This document shows positions 49,301-61,145 of a DNA stretch of 64,000 nt, in pieces (within the stretch, counting starts at the first letter, position 1; each line of letters starts with the position of its first letter). A model generated the notes under the pieces. That model was not told the DNA's origin, did no database searches, and saw only the letters and a program-made list of their open reading frames with translations. The position numbers and the translations under genes are program-made. Source of the stretch: Dimorphilus gyrociliatus (Eukaryota; Animalia; Annelida); NCBI GenBank assembly GCA_904063045.1, contig CAJFCJ010000025.1, forward strand, positions 868,001 to 932,000. The letters run 5' to 3'.

Positions 49301-52300
49301 CGAATGAAACAATAACTTCACAATGACCAATGTCACATGAGCTTTAAATTGTTTAATGTTTCGTCATAAAGGTGAATAAATTAATTGGCTGAAACATGAG
49401 ATCAAAGAAAGAAAATAGGGAAAAGGAAAGATGAAAGTAGCATATTTTGTTTTATTAAATAAGAAAACGAAATTCTTTCTCTCTCTCTCTCTCTCTCTCT
49501 CCCTTTTTGTTTTCTTATTATTTATTGTGGTAGAAATTTGGTATGATGTCTAAATGGTAGGAAAATTAATCTTTTAAAGTTTCTGTCGCTTTAGGGCTTA
49601 TATTTTCTTTTGCTTTTGCTTTCTCTCTTTCTTTCTCCTTCTCTTTTATCTCTTTTTTTTTCGTCCTCACTTTTTCTGGTCGTTTTATAGAACGTCTCTT
49701 TTTCGGACTTGTATTCTTACTTATAAAATAATAGATAGCGTTACTAACTCCTGATGGCTTTGTTCTATTAACAATATAGTTGAATGCACACGTTAACGCT
49801 TTTGTTAACAAACTGTCAACAAAGTTGACTAAGCTTCTCTACAGAGTAATTTAATTTAGGAAATTTAACTCATCCCCTCCTCTTCCTCCTCGTCCTCTTT
49901 TCCCTATTCTCATTGTATATCTTATTTATACCAACCGATATCAACTCCATTCAGAACGTCTCCAAACTGAGGAGGAGATCTAACTTGAAAAACTCTATGA
50001 TTCAATTTCAACTTCCTTACGCAACCAATAAAACCAAATTTCATTCCAGTTCTTGAGCCAACTGCTGATAGATTCTTAAAACCTCCCAAATATAAATCTT
50101 GCTTGAACACGATTTGAGCCAGTCTCTGAAAAATTCAACGCAATCATTGTAAATAATGAAAGTACTATTCTTTATGGTGATATTTTTTCTTTTACATATA
50201 TAACTATTACAATGCTGAATATAGAATTCTCAAAAATTGCAAAGTGGCGATGACGTCAATGGGTGACTAGTGACCCATAAACTCTTAGACGTAAGACCAC
50301 TTCAAAATAGTTTATCATTTGTATTTGCAAAAGGAGTGAAAGTATTGAAAGATTCATGATTTCGAGACCAGAAGGGAATATAGAGCATTGGGTAAAATTG
50401 TAGGAAAGGGAATAGTTAACTGTCCTAAATAGGTGACACTATCATATCATACGTTATCAGATTTTTTACACAATGCTTTAGAATTGAGAAAAAATCAATC
50501 AGAAAAACGCGGTAAATTAATTCGATTCTACACACGGCTCTTTGCTGTAAAAACTGCCTTAATGTAGTTTGCTAGCCATTTGTATAATTCTCAATCTGTA
50601 TGGGCTTTATACAAATTGAATTTATTGCACAGGCAAAATTTTGCTGCCAGACTTTCTCTACTTTTTTCTTCTTTAAAGTAAAAATAAAAGTGACTACTTA
50701 CCGCCGATTCTCCGAAGGTAGCGTTTCCTCCATTTAAATATAAGGAACCAGTTCTGTAATACTTGCTAACAACAAGAGTATTCCATTCATTGATCCTCAC
50801 TTCTTCATTCGATCGAATTTTTACAGTTCCAGATCCACAATCGAATCTAAACCAATTAACGTTTTATTATTTTCTTATTTATTCACAAATATGTAAATAG
50901 CCAAATCAACTTTTCAACTACTTATTTTTTCAACTATTTAAAGGCTTATTTCGTAATTTTCCCCTCTTACTACAAGCAATAAATCTGATGATTTTTTATT
51001 GAGTCCCTATAGATATGAAAATATTCATCTATATGCAAATGATGCGTCATTTGACATCTGTAAATGGATAGATAATAATTTATTGCATTATACACAGATA
51101 AAGAAATTCGTATTGTTTGTCATTTTTGAATATATAAATATAAAATATGTAAAATATGCACTTTAAATAAATTGATATAATTTTCTATATACATTTATAT
51201 GTCTATATAAATATATATTCGATTGTAAACGTATAATGTCCCCGTAGCACTTTTTACTGCGTAGACATATCATATGTAGAGTATTTAACTATATTTCTAT
51301 TCCCTTAGCATCTATTACCTGTATTCAACGTATCCACCAATTAGAGCTACTGAGAAAAAGTCGTATTTTCCATCCGGGAATTCGGCACTATATAACAATA
51401 GGCCATTGTTGGTTTCCGGTTTGAATTCGATCTCAAATGTAAAGTCCTTATAGGAATTCCTTAGGTATAATTTTGAGAAGGTCAAGTAGCCGGATCCAAA
51501 GAACCTCGGATAAGATATATCGATTTCTATAGATAAAAGAAATCAGAGGTAATATAGACAACATTATTCGGTTTGATTGTCTTAAGTCTCCTAACTAGAT
51601 AATCTACCCAGACGCCATCTAACGTTCGTCACATCTGTCCTTGACACACTTCCCAAAGACAGGATAAAGAAAAGTAAGATCATAGGAATGACAGATACTT
51701 TAAGTAACTGAGCAGAAGAAGAGGGGGATTGAAAGGTGGTTGGACTATAAGGGTAAAAGGGTTAGAAGATATTTAAAAGGTTAAAAGTGTTGAGTGTAAC
51801 GTGGGTGAATGGAAAGATGACTGGCTGATAGGATATATATAAAAGGAAAGAATAAAGAAGAGGAAAGATTTTTAGAGAAGAAAGAAAGAAAGAAGAGAAA
51901 GTATATGGTCAGTGGTCGATTAACGATTCAAAATTTTTCCGTATTTAAAATTCCTAAAACGCTCGATTATGTTTTATCGGATACTTCAACTTGATTAATG
52001 GGGTAATCCTGATAAATAATTAAAGTTTTTAACTTAACAAAATCGTTCATTGGCAAATGAACCTCTCTCTCCCTCTCTCTCTTTCTGTCTGTCTCCCAAA
52101 AAATTGACTTTTTTTTATAATAGTTTATATTAATATAGTTTTTACAGTAGTATAACTTTGTATAGATTTGTATATTGCATAATATAAAAAATTGGAATCG
52201 TTGCTTTTGTTAGAAAGTTGAATTTTTGTAATAGAAAAAAATGTCATTAACAAAGTTATAAGCGTCAATGTAAATTCAGTATTTACTTACATTAATGGAG

Positions 52301-55300
52301 TTATTTGTGGAAAGTCTGCCCCCGCCTATCGTAATATACTATAGATTGTTCTAAGTAACCAAATTATAGGGCTATAACGGGTTTTTTTTCGTATTTTTAT
52401 TAAAAGATAAGAGAGAGGGTAGATTAAGGTTGAGAGGTTCTCGGTAGAAAGTAGAAGTATGCGAATTGTCATGCTCCTTACACATGTGCAAATAGTATTA
52501 GTATATGTATATACTATATATATACAGTATATACAATACCGTTCATATAGAATATAGCATATTGTATATATTTTTAAGATATCGATGAGTTTGGGTAAAG
52601 AAGTGGAAAGAAAAAAACATGTTGTTATACATTTCAAAACCAAAGTGAAAACAATAAAGTGCTGTTTATTTTTAATTGATTTCGCCTTTTTCGACTACAG
52701 ATTCATTATTTTAGAGAATAAATAATGCACGTGACTAATGAAGCGACCGTCCGGATAGGAGCGGTACTGCAAACAAATAGATCGCATCCTATTCGATATT
52801 TGAAAAGAAGCTGATGAATGTTTGATAGGCGGTTGTCAATCGTCTTTATGTAAACTCGTATAATGGTTCCCGGCTTTATCCCTTTGCTGATTGTTTGCTA
52901 CACGTTAAGCTTATTTCCACGGCTAATCGACTTTCTTAATTTACAAATTCATAATGCACTAAATATCTTATTGTAAACTGTTTTTTTCTCTTGAATTTTG
53001 GTGTTTTTTCCCTTTCCACTAAAGCAACAGACGACAAGAAAGAGAGGATATATCTATCTTCCTCCTACATTTCTTATAACATCAATTCCCTTCTTTTTTG
53101 TCTTGCCACTTTTCTTTCTATCGAATTACCTTTTTCCTACCATTTTAATAACTTACCAATCGATAACGCTTATTAGCGTGTACACGAGCAATTGTGGCGG
53201 TTAATACTGTATGAGCGTCACTCTACTACATTCAAACTGCTATATAAAATATTCTAAAGCATAGTAAGCGTGTGAGTTTTTGTGTTTATAAACAGCCGGT
53301 AGACTAACTAGGATATTAGATAAAGAAGAAATGTTACTTACTCTCTTCACATCTTCTACCCCAATAGCCAAATTTACAAGCACATTTTACACCATTCACC
53401 ATCTCGTCTTCAATGCATTCTCCGTGTAATGAACATTCGATTTCGATACATTTCTTGTAAATCTTTGAAATATCTTCTGTCGGAATCAGCTTAGAGTCTT
53501 GATCGGCTATTGGCTTTTCTTTCAGGGTTTTTCTTCTTCTGGACGACTTTTTCTTACCTTTTTTACCCTTTTTCTTTTTGCTTTTCTTCTTCCTACCCTT
53601 TCTATTCTTTCGTCTGTTGTATTTCCGTTTCGAGTCGCGCATCTTTTTCGTAAGGAAGTCGGAGGATGAGAACTTATGGCTGCGCTTCGAAAGTGAGTTG
53701 GAAGGTTTGGAAGAGAATTGATAAGGATCGAGAACACCAAAATCATATTCGTCGTCACTTATTGATTCGGTTGTTGGTTCCACTCGATTGATTGGTGTTG
53801 AAACTGTATTTAAGAGAATGATAGTGAAAATGAAAATCTTTGTAGACAGATTTTAGAAAAAAGGCAAAGTGACGAGGAAACTTTATGACAGTTTACTTTA
53901 TTTCAATACTTAATCTATAAATAGAAACGAACATGTCTATTAAACAAAGGCGAGAAATTAGACCGATTAGAACAATCGTTCTTCGTGCTTTGCTCTATTA
54001 AGATCATGCTTATTAGTATATTTATGCATTTTTACATTTTACAGATCATTTTGCACTTTTCAATTAATTCAAAGTGTAGTAGAATTTAAAAAAAAAACTG
54101 TTTAAAGTGGACTAAATACGTGGTTAAGAGAGAGAGAGAGAGAGAGAGAGAAAGAAAAAGAAAGAATAAGAGAAAGAGACAGGAGCAGAGAGACAGACAC
54201 AGATAGATAGATAGATAGAAAGTGAGCGAGTGAGATTTTAGATTTTCAGTAAGAATAAAATCAAAAAAGAAAACAATCTAAAAGGAAGATAACGAAAAAC
54301 TTATTTTTTCCTTTTTCACTGTTTATAACCTATAGGGTAATTGACTAGCAATAAATCTTTACAGTCCCTCAACTACCATTAACTATAAAACTTAAAATGA
54401 TTTTAGAAAAAAAGCGTCTCATCAAAGTGTCTTAGCCTGCATTAGGAAGAAAAGCGGTGTGCACTTTATAGAATTTCTAGCTAAATATAATCTTATTGAA
54501 TATTAACTCAAGAATGATACTTGGATAGGGACTTCAGTCCGCTTTGAGTCTCTATCTGATTAAATTTCCCAACCTAGATTAACCAAGACAGAAGAGGAGA
54601 CAAAAGAAAAGAAGGAAAAAAATTGTCTTCTTTATACATTAGCCCAATAAAGAATTAGCAATCAATGCTAGACATAATAAGTTATTGTAATAAAAGGAGA
54701 CGAGCAAGTGGACTCATGTAAAATGGAAAAAAAATACAGTTTGTCAACTGATCGATGTGAATGTGTATAGAGAATAATAAATTATATATGACATTATTTT
54801 TTTTAGAACTATTCGTTTTTCTTTTTTATGTCCAGATTTTTGCAGACAACCGTGTAAAAAATGGAAGATAATACTTGCGCGAAATAAGCAACGTATTGTT
54901 TATAAATAAACAAAACGTAGATATGTATATAAGATATATTAATAAAGACAGTAAATAAATATATATATATACAAATATATACAGTATATACAGTGTATGT
55001 AAAATAAAAGAAATTTATGAAAAAATGTGCCTTTGCCACTCAATTTAAGGTAATGAAAAACTGTTCAAACAATTCTATTAGTGATCATTTCAGGTGTGAA
55101 ACATAAATGAAGATTGATAGTAAAGGTTTAATCTTTTGTTTTTTTTTAAAACTTTTAGCACTTGAACACACTGCAAATTTCTCTACCTGGTAAATTAGTT
55201 TGAACAATATCGAGTATTAAACTGTCGTTTGATGGTGATTTCGATGTCGTTTCGATCGGTTTAGAAAATACTGCAAAAGCTAGCTATTTTAATTAATGTT

Positions 55301-56926
55301 CTTTTTAAAGTGTACATATATATACATTATACTGTATATACTGTATAAAAGCATATACAGTATATACACTTATATATATATATATATATATGCAGTATAT
55401 TGTATGTATTTCAATATCTATAATTGATATTTGTTGTTTTTGTTTGTTTTAGTTTTACCTGTTTCATTTATAGGTAAAATTGATGTTGACGAAACGTTTC
55501 CACTGGAATTTCCTAAGAATTTGCAACCAAAAAAATAAGATGATATATTCAAAGTCTATATATACAATATCTATAAATATTGTAAGGGCATTTAATGTCA
55601 ATATAGAGATAATTCTTAAGTTAAAACTGTAATTTTTTACCCGGGTGCCTTCCAATGATGCTACATTGATTTATTGATTATGTAATTTTTTTTCTTCCTA
55701 ATCTTCCCAAACTGTCGGGTTATTTTATTATGCGTTTAATTTCCAATAAATGTTTTATCAATTAAATCTAGATTAAATTTCAAAGCATTTGGTCTTGTTC
55801 TCAGGATTGAGTAAGTAATCAAACATATTCAAATAGGATTACCAATAAAAAGAGTTGTGTTTGGTGAAACTAAAACCTCTCTTATATATATAAAGGATTA
55901 TCGAATTAATCTATTAAACTCTGAAGGATTGATAGTTTTTACATTGTCGAAAAGAGAATATTAAGATTGAAAAAAAAACAAACAACCCCTGAAATCTCCA
56001 AAGAGTCCTGGGGAGGGGGCGAAAAAACTTGATAAAAATCTTACAGAGTTTACGGAGAGGAAAGACTGCAAATGTTTGCAGTCGAAACATCGCTCATCGT
56101 CTTCATTTCCTCTCCGTCTTTTCGAGGTTTTCTTTTCTAAAATTGATTTGATAAATGGTCTATGACGTTTTTTGGCGTGTGAAAACGATGGAATTCCGTG
56201 ACACGAAAGAATTATTTTTAATTTTTATTTGTTTTTTATTTCATTTTTTCCTTATTTTCTCACTTTTTTTTATATATTTCGATTTTTTTAAGCGGGAGAG
56301 AAATAGGCTAAATTGATGAGGGAATAAATTGGGTAGTTTTATCGAATCTTTGAGAATTGCTTCTATGACCATCGTGGGAATAGACTTTGAAAATGGCTCA
56401 CATTTTTTTTAGGACAAAACCTCGAAAAATATCGATTTTATTTGCATTTTTTTTTTTAAATAAATTATTCCCTAGCCTTGTACTATATATATATATTAGG
56501 CTTAGTTGGGCATTGATTGACCCTCAATAAATCCATTAGCAATTGGTTGGTGGATTGTTCAAGTAGCGCTTGAATCTCGCTCTGTTACAAGAACAGTTAG
56601 GAGAAGAGAGTCAAGGTTTATCTACTTATTGAATAGCAATTGACTGTATATTTATATTAAGGAGTGATAAATCTTCTTTCGTTTAAGGGGTTTCTTATAA
56701 AAAATAAAGAGAGAGAAAAAATGATGTAGGCATAGGAGTCTACGATGTTACTTGTCATATTCTTTATGTATAAATATATACAGTATAATGCAAAAGATTG
56801 CACATCATATTAAAGATCTAATGGCAAAAGTCATATTACGCTTATATTTGTATCTCTCTATCTGCCTCAATCTCACTAACTTACATACAGACAAATATGT
56901 TCATGTGAATATGTGCACGCATGCTT

Positions 56927-56982
<56 letters not shown>

Positions 56983-58902
56983 TCTATTTCTTTATCTTGT
57001 TCTTATTCGCTAATTATTTTCACTATAGATTAAAAATCGTTTTATAATGAATAGAGTACATTCTATGGCTTATAAAATATAAGACTGTACTGAAGTTTAT
57101 ATTCTATTTATGTCTTTTTTCTAACAATTTCTAAGGGTTCATTCGTTGCATTCTTATATTGTGTTTTAATTTCAAAAGTCAAATACCAACCTTTACAGTC
57201 GATTCCATTTTCAATTAATTCATAATTATCGAAACATTGACACTCGTAAAAGTTATCTCCAACATCGTTACACTCCTGTTCGCATATATTCCCAGCATTG
57301 CAGTCGCCTGTATAAAAAAGAAAAAGAAGAGTGCACAATCTATAAGTATAGATATACTGTAGTAGACAAATTTCGTTATTTACTTTTTGTAGTATTGCAG
57401 TGTATAGCCATAAAAAAACAATTGTTACAAATAAAAAAGAGTATATATTTTATAGAGATAATATAATTAATCCTACTAGAAAATTACGGATACGAAGTAA
57501 AAGGAAAAATTGTCACGAACTTGACTGGATAGAAATTAGATTCTGTTATATTATTCATTTCCTAGCTTATCGACCTACTCGAAACTGATCGATAACTGAC
57601 TATTGAATTGATTCTGGCAAATTGAGCAGAGATGTGTCTGGTATAAGACCTACGTAATTGATTGCTTTCAAAGAGGTAAAAGGGTAAAAAGCTTACGATG
57701 TATTACGAGAGTTTGTGTATATTTTAGTAATAATCTTTTTTTGAAGAGAAGGAGGAAGAGAGAGAGAGAGAAAGAGCAAATAAATAATCTCATGGAATAG
57801 CGTATAAACTGCTTATCAGATATTTGTTAAATTACAAAAAATAACATTTAATAAAAAATGTTTCTCATCACAGATAACATTGAAAAAGGGAATAACGTGA
57901 TTTATAAGAAATGTGACAGATAAATAGAATTATTCTCTTTTTCTCTCTCTTCCTCCTACTCTCTCTTTCGTGCGCTTTTCTACTTTTTCAACTGTCTAGT
58001 AATTGAAATTGATCAATTCTCTTAAATGGCGAATCTTTCAACCATTTTTTTCATTTATTATAAAACGAACAGTAAAACTCAAATTACTTTTAAAGAGACA
58101 TTAATTTGTTAAAATGTATTTAAAAATACATAAAAACGTGAAAATCGTATTAAATTAATATTGATAACTGTTGCATACTATTCGATAAACGTGTTAATTT
58201 GTATTTTCACATCATTAGGCCTATATCTTTCTTTTTTTTTAACTAAAGTAATTAACGACAACTGCCTTGTCTATTTCAACGCAAAATCAAATATAATTGG
58301 TTAGATAGAACTAAGCTATTCAATATAGTTAATTGCATTACAAGTACCTTTATCTTTGACGAATTGACAACTTGAAGATAATTAAGGAAAAGTTTTTATT
58401 GGGTTGATTTATGATTCTTTTTCCTCTTCTCTTCGATCAATCTATCTATATGTTTTTTCCACTTCCATCTCAAATACATACATAGATACGTACATACATA
58501 ATATACATGCGTATACTTTATGACTATCCATTAAAATAACGTTCTTTTTCTCTATCTCTTCTTAAATATGCATAGAGAAGTATTGGTTGACAAAATCATT
58601 AGTCTCGCTCAAATAGTCGAGATTATTAATAAGTTATGTCCACGATATAGAGGAGATTTGAGAGGGAAAGAAAAAGGGAGAGGGCGAGAGAGGAAGGGGA
58701 AGAGAGGAAGGAAGAAAGAAACAATGAATACGGGTAGTAAAGATAATTAAGTGCGATCAAGTAATAAAAACTTTATGTTTTTTTTAAAAAATAGAAAATA
58801 TAATGAAACTAGGGTTTACTTACCCGGAAACTGTCTGTTTGCTGAAGACAAAAAACAGGCAACGAAGACGATGAGGATAAATAAAAGTTTATTTGCCTTC
58901 AT
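46343..58902 (-). CDS. EGFLAM: Pikachurin/EGFLAM-like (Drosophila SP2353-like) secreted protein: signal peptide-EGF-basic linker-EGF-LamG-EGF-LamG-EGF-LamG; 15 exons, about 851 aa
   Basis: Exons 58902-58824 (signal peptide MKANKLLFILIVFVACFLSSA), 57307-57191, 53803-53342, 51526-51319, 50846-50702, 50125-49936, 48672-48547, 48486-48252, 48074-47846, 47735-47599, 47481-47438, 47258-47180, 47112-46885, 46813-46710, 46515-46343. All junctions are GT-AG and phase-compatible. Three LamG domains (e.g. FKPETNNGLLLY, DFISLALLKGYLEFRFDLGTG, DFLAIGVRGGHVEFSFNLGHG) and six-Cys EGF modules. Additional small exons in the long introns cannot be excluded. Confidence 0.88.
55990..56475. mobile_element. Possible non-autonomous DNA transposon remnant in an EGFLAM-like intron
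   Basis: GC-enriched end (GGGGAGGGGGCG), a 9-bp perfect hairpin at 56064-56083, and an internal inverted pair TTTTCGAGGTTTT (about 56119-56131) / AAAACCTCGAAAA (about 56417-56429). No clear TIR or TSD. Confidence 0.25.
56931..56978. repeat. (TC)n microsatellite
   Basis: Direct read. Confidence 0.95.
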
Positions 58903-59049
58903 TCTTTTCTAAATCTGAGGGAAGAATATCCGGCAGTGTCGTATTGCATGCTGCGACGCAGCTATGTGACGAGTTTATTCAGCAAACGCTTCATGATTTC
59001 GACTCTCCTCTTTAACCGTTTTCAAAGCGACATCTAATGGTTTGCTAAC

Positions 59050-59065
59050 ATCGCCCTCTAGAGGG
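59050..59065 (-). promoter_or_regulatory. CTCF-like motif in the CpG-rich region upstream of the EGFLAM-like gene
   Basis: The minus strand reads CCTCTAGAGGGCGA (12/14 consensus) and overlaps the 12-bp palindrome CCCTCTAGAGGG, about 150 bp upstream of ATG 58902. Confidence 0.4.
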
Positions 59066-61131
59066 ATATTCTATAGCCCGCTTTTACATTTCAATAAACC
59101 ACTTCAAACATAAATTAATATTCGGTTACGTTTGAAAAATGAAAACTTATATAAACTCCCAAGATAAATTTTCCTTTTTAATTCAATCCATATTTGCTAA
59201 GAAGAACGCTTTTTCTTTCCTACTCTTACTGTACTGAATGCTAGAACCTACCCAGCCGAGTATACAGTATAACTTCAACATCCATTCAAGCAGGGAGAAT
59301 GTTTCCTTATCTTTCTATTTATCTCCTTAAAACAAAGAGAACACAAGTGAAATGAGAATAGATTGTAATGAAGAAAAGATATCGATAAACAGTCATTATT
59401 TTTATAATAATTATAACTATTATTATAAATATTCCAGTTTCTATCGAGCTTAATATTGTTCTTTGAAAGACTAGTGAAAAAGTAATAGAGAAAACAGAGT
59501 GAGTTAGATGAAGAAGAAGAAGAAGAAGAAGAAGAGAGAAAGAGAGACAGAGACGGAGATAGAAAAGCGAAATAAATCGATTTACTCTTATAAAATACAT
59601 CGTTAAAATCTTTTACCGATTTGTATTGGTAATAAATTTCTTTCAGTCAATGTTTTCTTAAACACGTTACGCTTTCAACTCATCATCCCTTTATTATATT
59701 TAATGTTATACTAAAGAAATAAAGAATTGTGACTTGTTGTATGAAAATGTTAATTGCTATCATTTCCTTTTCTTAAACGTCACTTCTGCTTTCTTTAAAA
59801 AAGGAATTTTCCCTCGCAATTGTTAATACTTGTGCTATTAGAAAATCCAATTTTATTAGACGTCGCCGATTTCCGCTGAAAAATTGATATTTAATATTAT
59901 ATTTATAGTTTTTTATATTAAACAGTACCCTCTTACTTCTCTTTTATAACCATATGAATAATTTCTTTCTCTTTTTAGACGCTCTAGACGCTCCAATTAA
60001 CAAGTTCATTTTTTTTATTCGTTTTCTCATCTTTTCTGGCGGCGGAACTATCAAAGACTACTGCCATCTTGCGGAGTTTATATCGTAACTCTTCCAGCTC
60101 GTAAAATTATTTTTCATTGTAATAATGGAAAAGGGGAAATGGCAGAACGTTAGACTATACAGTATATAAATATATCAATGTTTCGCTATTGTTTAGATCT
60201 ATTGCTCAGTTTGATACATTTTGCCAATCTCCTAACGTTTCTTTGACAAACTGATCATATAGTACGCGCTTCAGAATATCTTTTGGCTTCAAATTGAAAG
60301 TCTTCTTTGCCTATACCATTGCTTTCTCTTCCTCTTTCACCTTTACATTCGTTTTGTTTTCGTTGTTTTTATTACGCTGTATTGGAGTAATATATCATAT
60401 CCTTAAGTGCTATTTGCGTAATAATAAGCAGTTACGAGTAAACACAAGAAGAATTATTGAACGTATTCAATAGTTACGGTTAAAACTGAAAGAAGTTCCT
60501 TAATATTCTCTTGGAAGTTTCTTTAATATTATCATTGTTTTTATTGAATTAATGAAATATCTATAGATTTTTCCGCAATTGTTAGACAACATTTGATTGA
60601 AAAACGAAATAATCTATACATTTGCTTCAACATATCTATTGTATCAGTAATTTCTCTTTATGATTGATTTTAATTAAATTCCTTATTCTACTCTTGGGAA
60701 TAGATTTTCTCTAATTTATAAATGTTTATCTAAAAATCTGAATGAATAAGTTAATGAAATATAAATAGGAAGTAAGTTTTTCTCATGTTTTTCTCTCCTT
60801 TCCAATGTATTTCAATGTTAATTGGATAGAAATAGAGTCGAATAACTTATCTTAAAAGAAGTTAACTATCACAGGTAAAAGTACTTTCGACTTCTCTGGC
60901 CTTAGTTTCAACAGATTCAATATTTTAGCTAAAATATCCTAGTCTTTTTAAACAAGTCCTACAAACCGGTAATAAACTCTTAAAGAGTATTTATCTTTAT
61001 CTTGTCCTTGATTTGGACTGATTGGTTGTTTTCTAACACATATAAAAAAACTCTACATGGGACTTCCTTCTTCCCCCTTTTTCTGAGAATCGTTCGAGAG
61101 GCGAGTAAACAATTTATCCTTTTCCTACAAT

Positions 61132-61145
61132 CCCCTAGATGGCGC
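61132..61145 (+). promoter_or_regulatory. CTCF-like motif (best copy in the window)
   Basis: CCCCTAGATGGCGC matches 13/14 positions of CCASYAGRKGGCRS. Confidence 0.45.

Noticed and set aside
52690-52930. GC-rich island with a CACGTG E-box in an EGFLAM-like intron, tested as a hidden exon
   Set aside because: No open, phase-compatible exon with both splice sites. It may be regulatory, but there is nothing beyond composition to support that.
60100-61130. Apparent long frame readable if TAA/TAG were Gln (alternative genetic code idea)
   Set aside because: TGA stops also occur, stop density is about that expected for random AT-rich DNA, and all ten real genes use the standard code with TAA or TGA stops.
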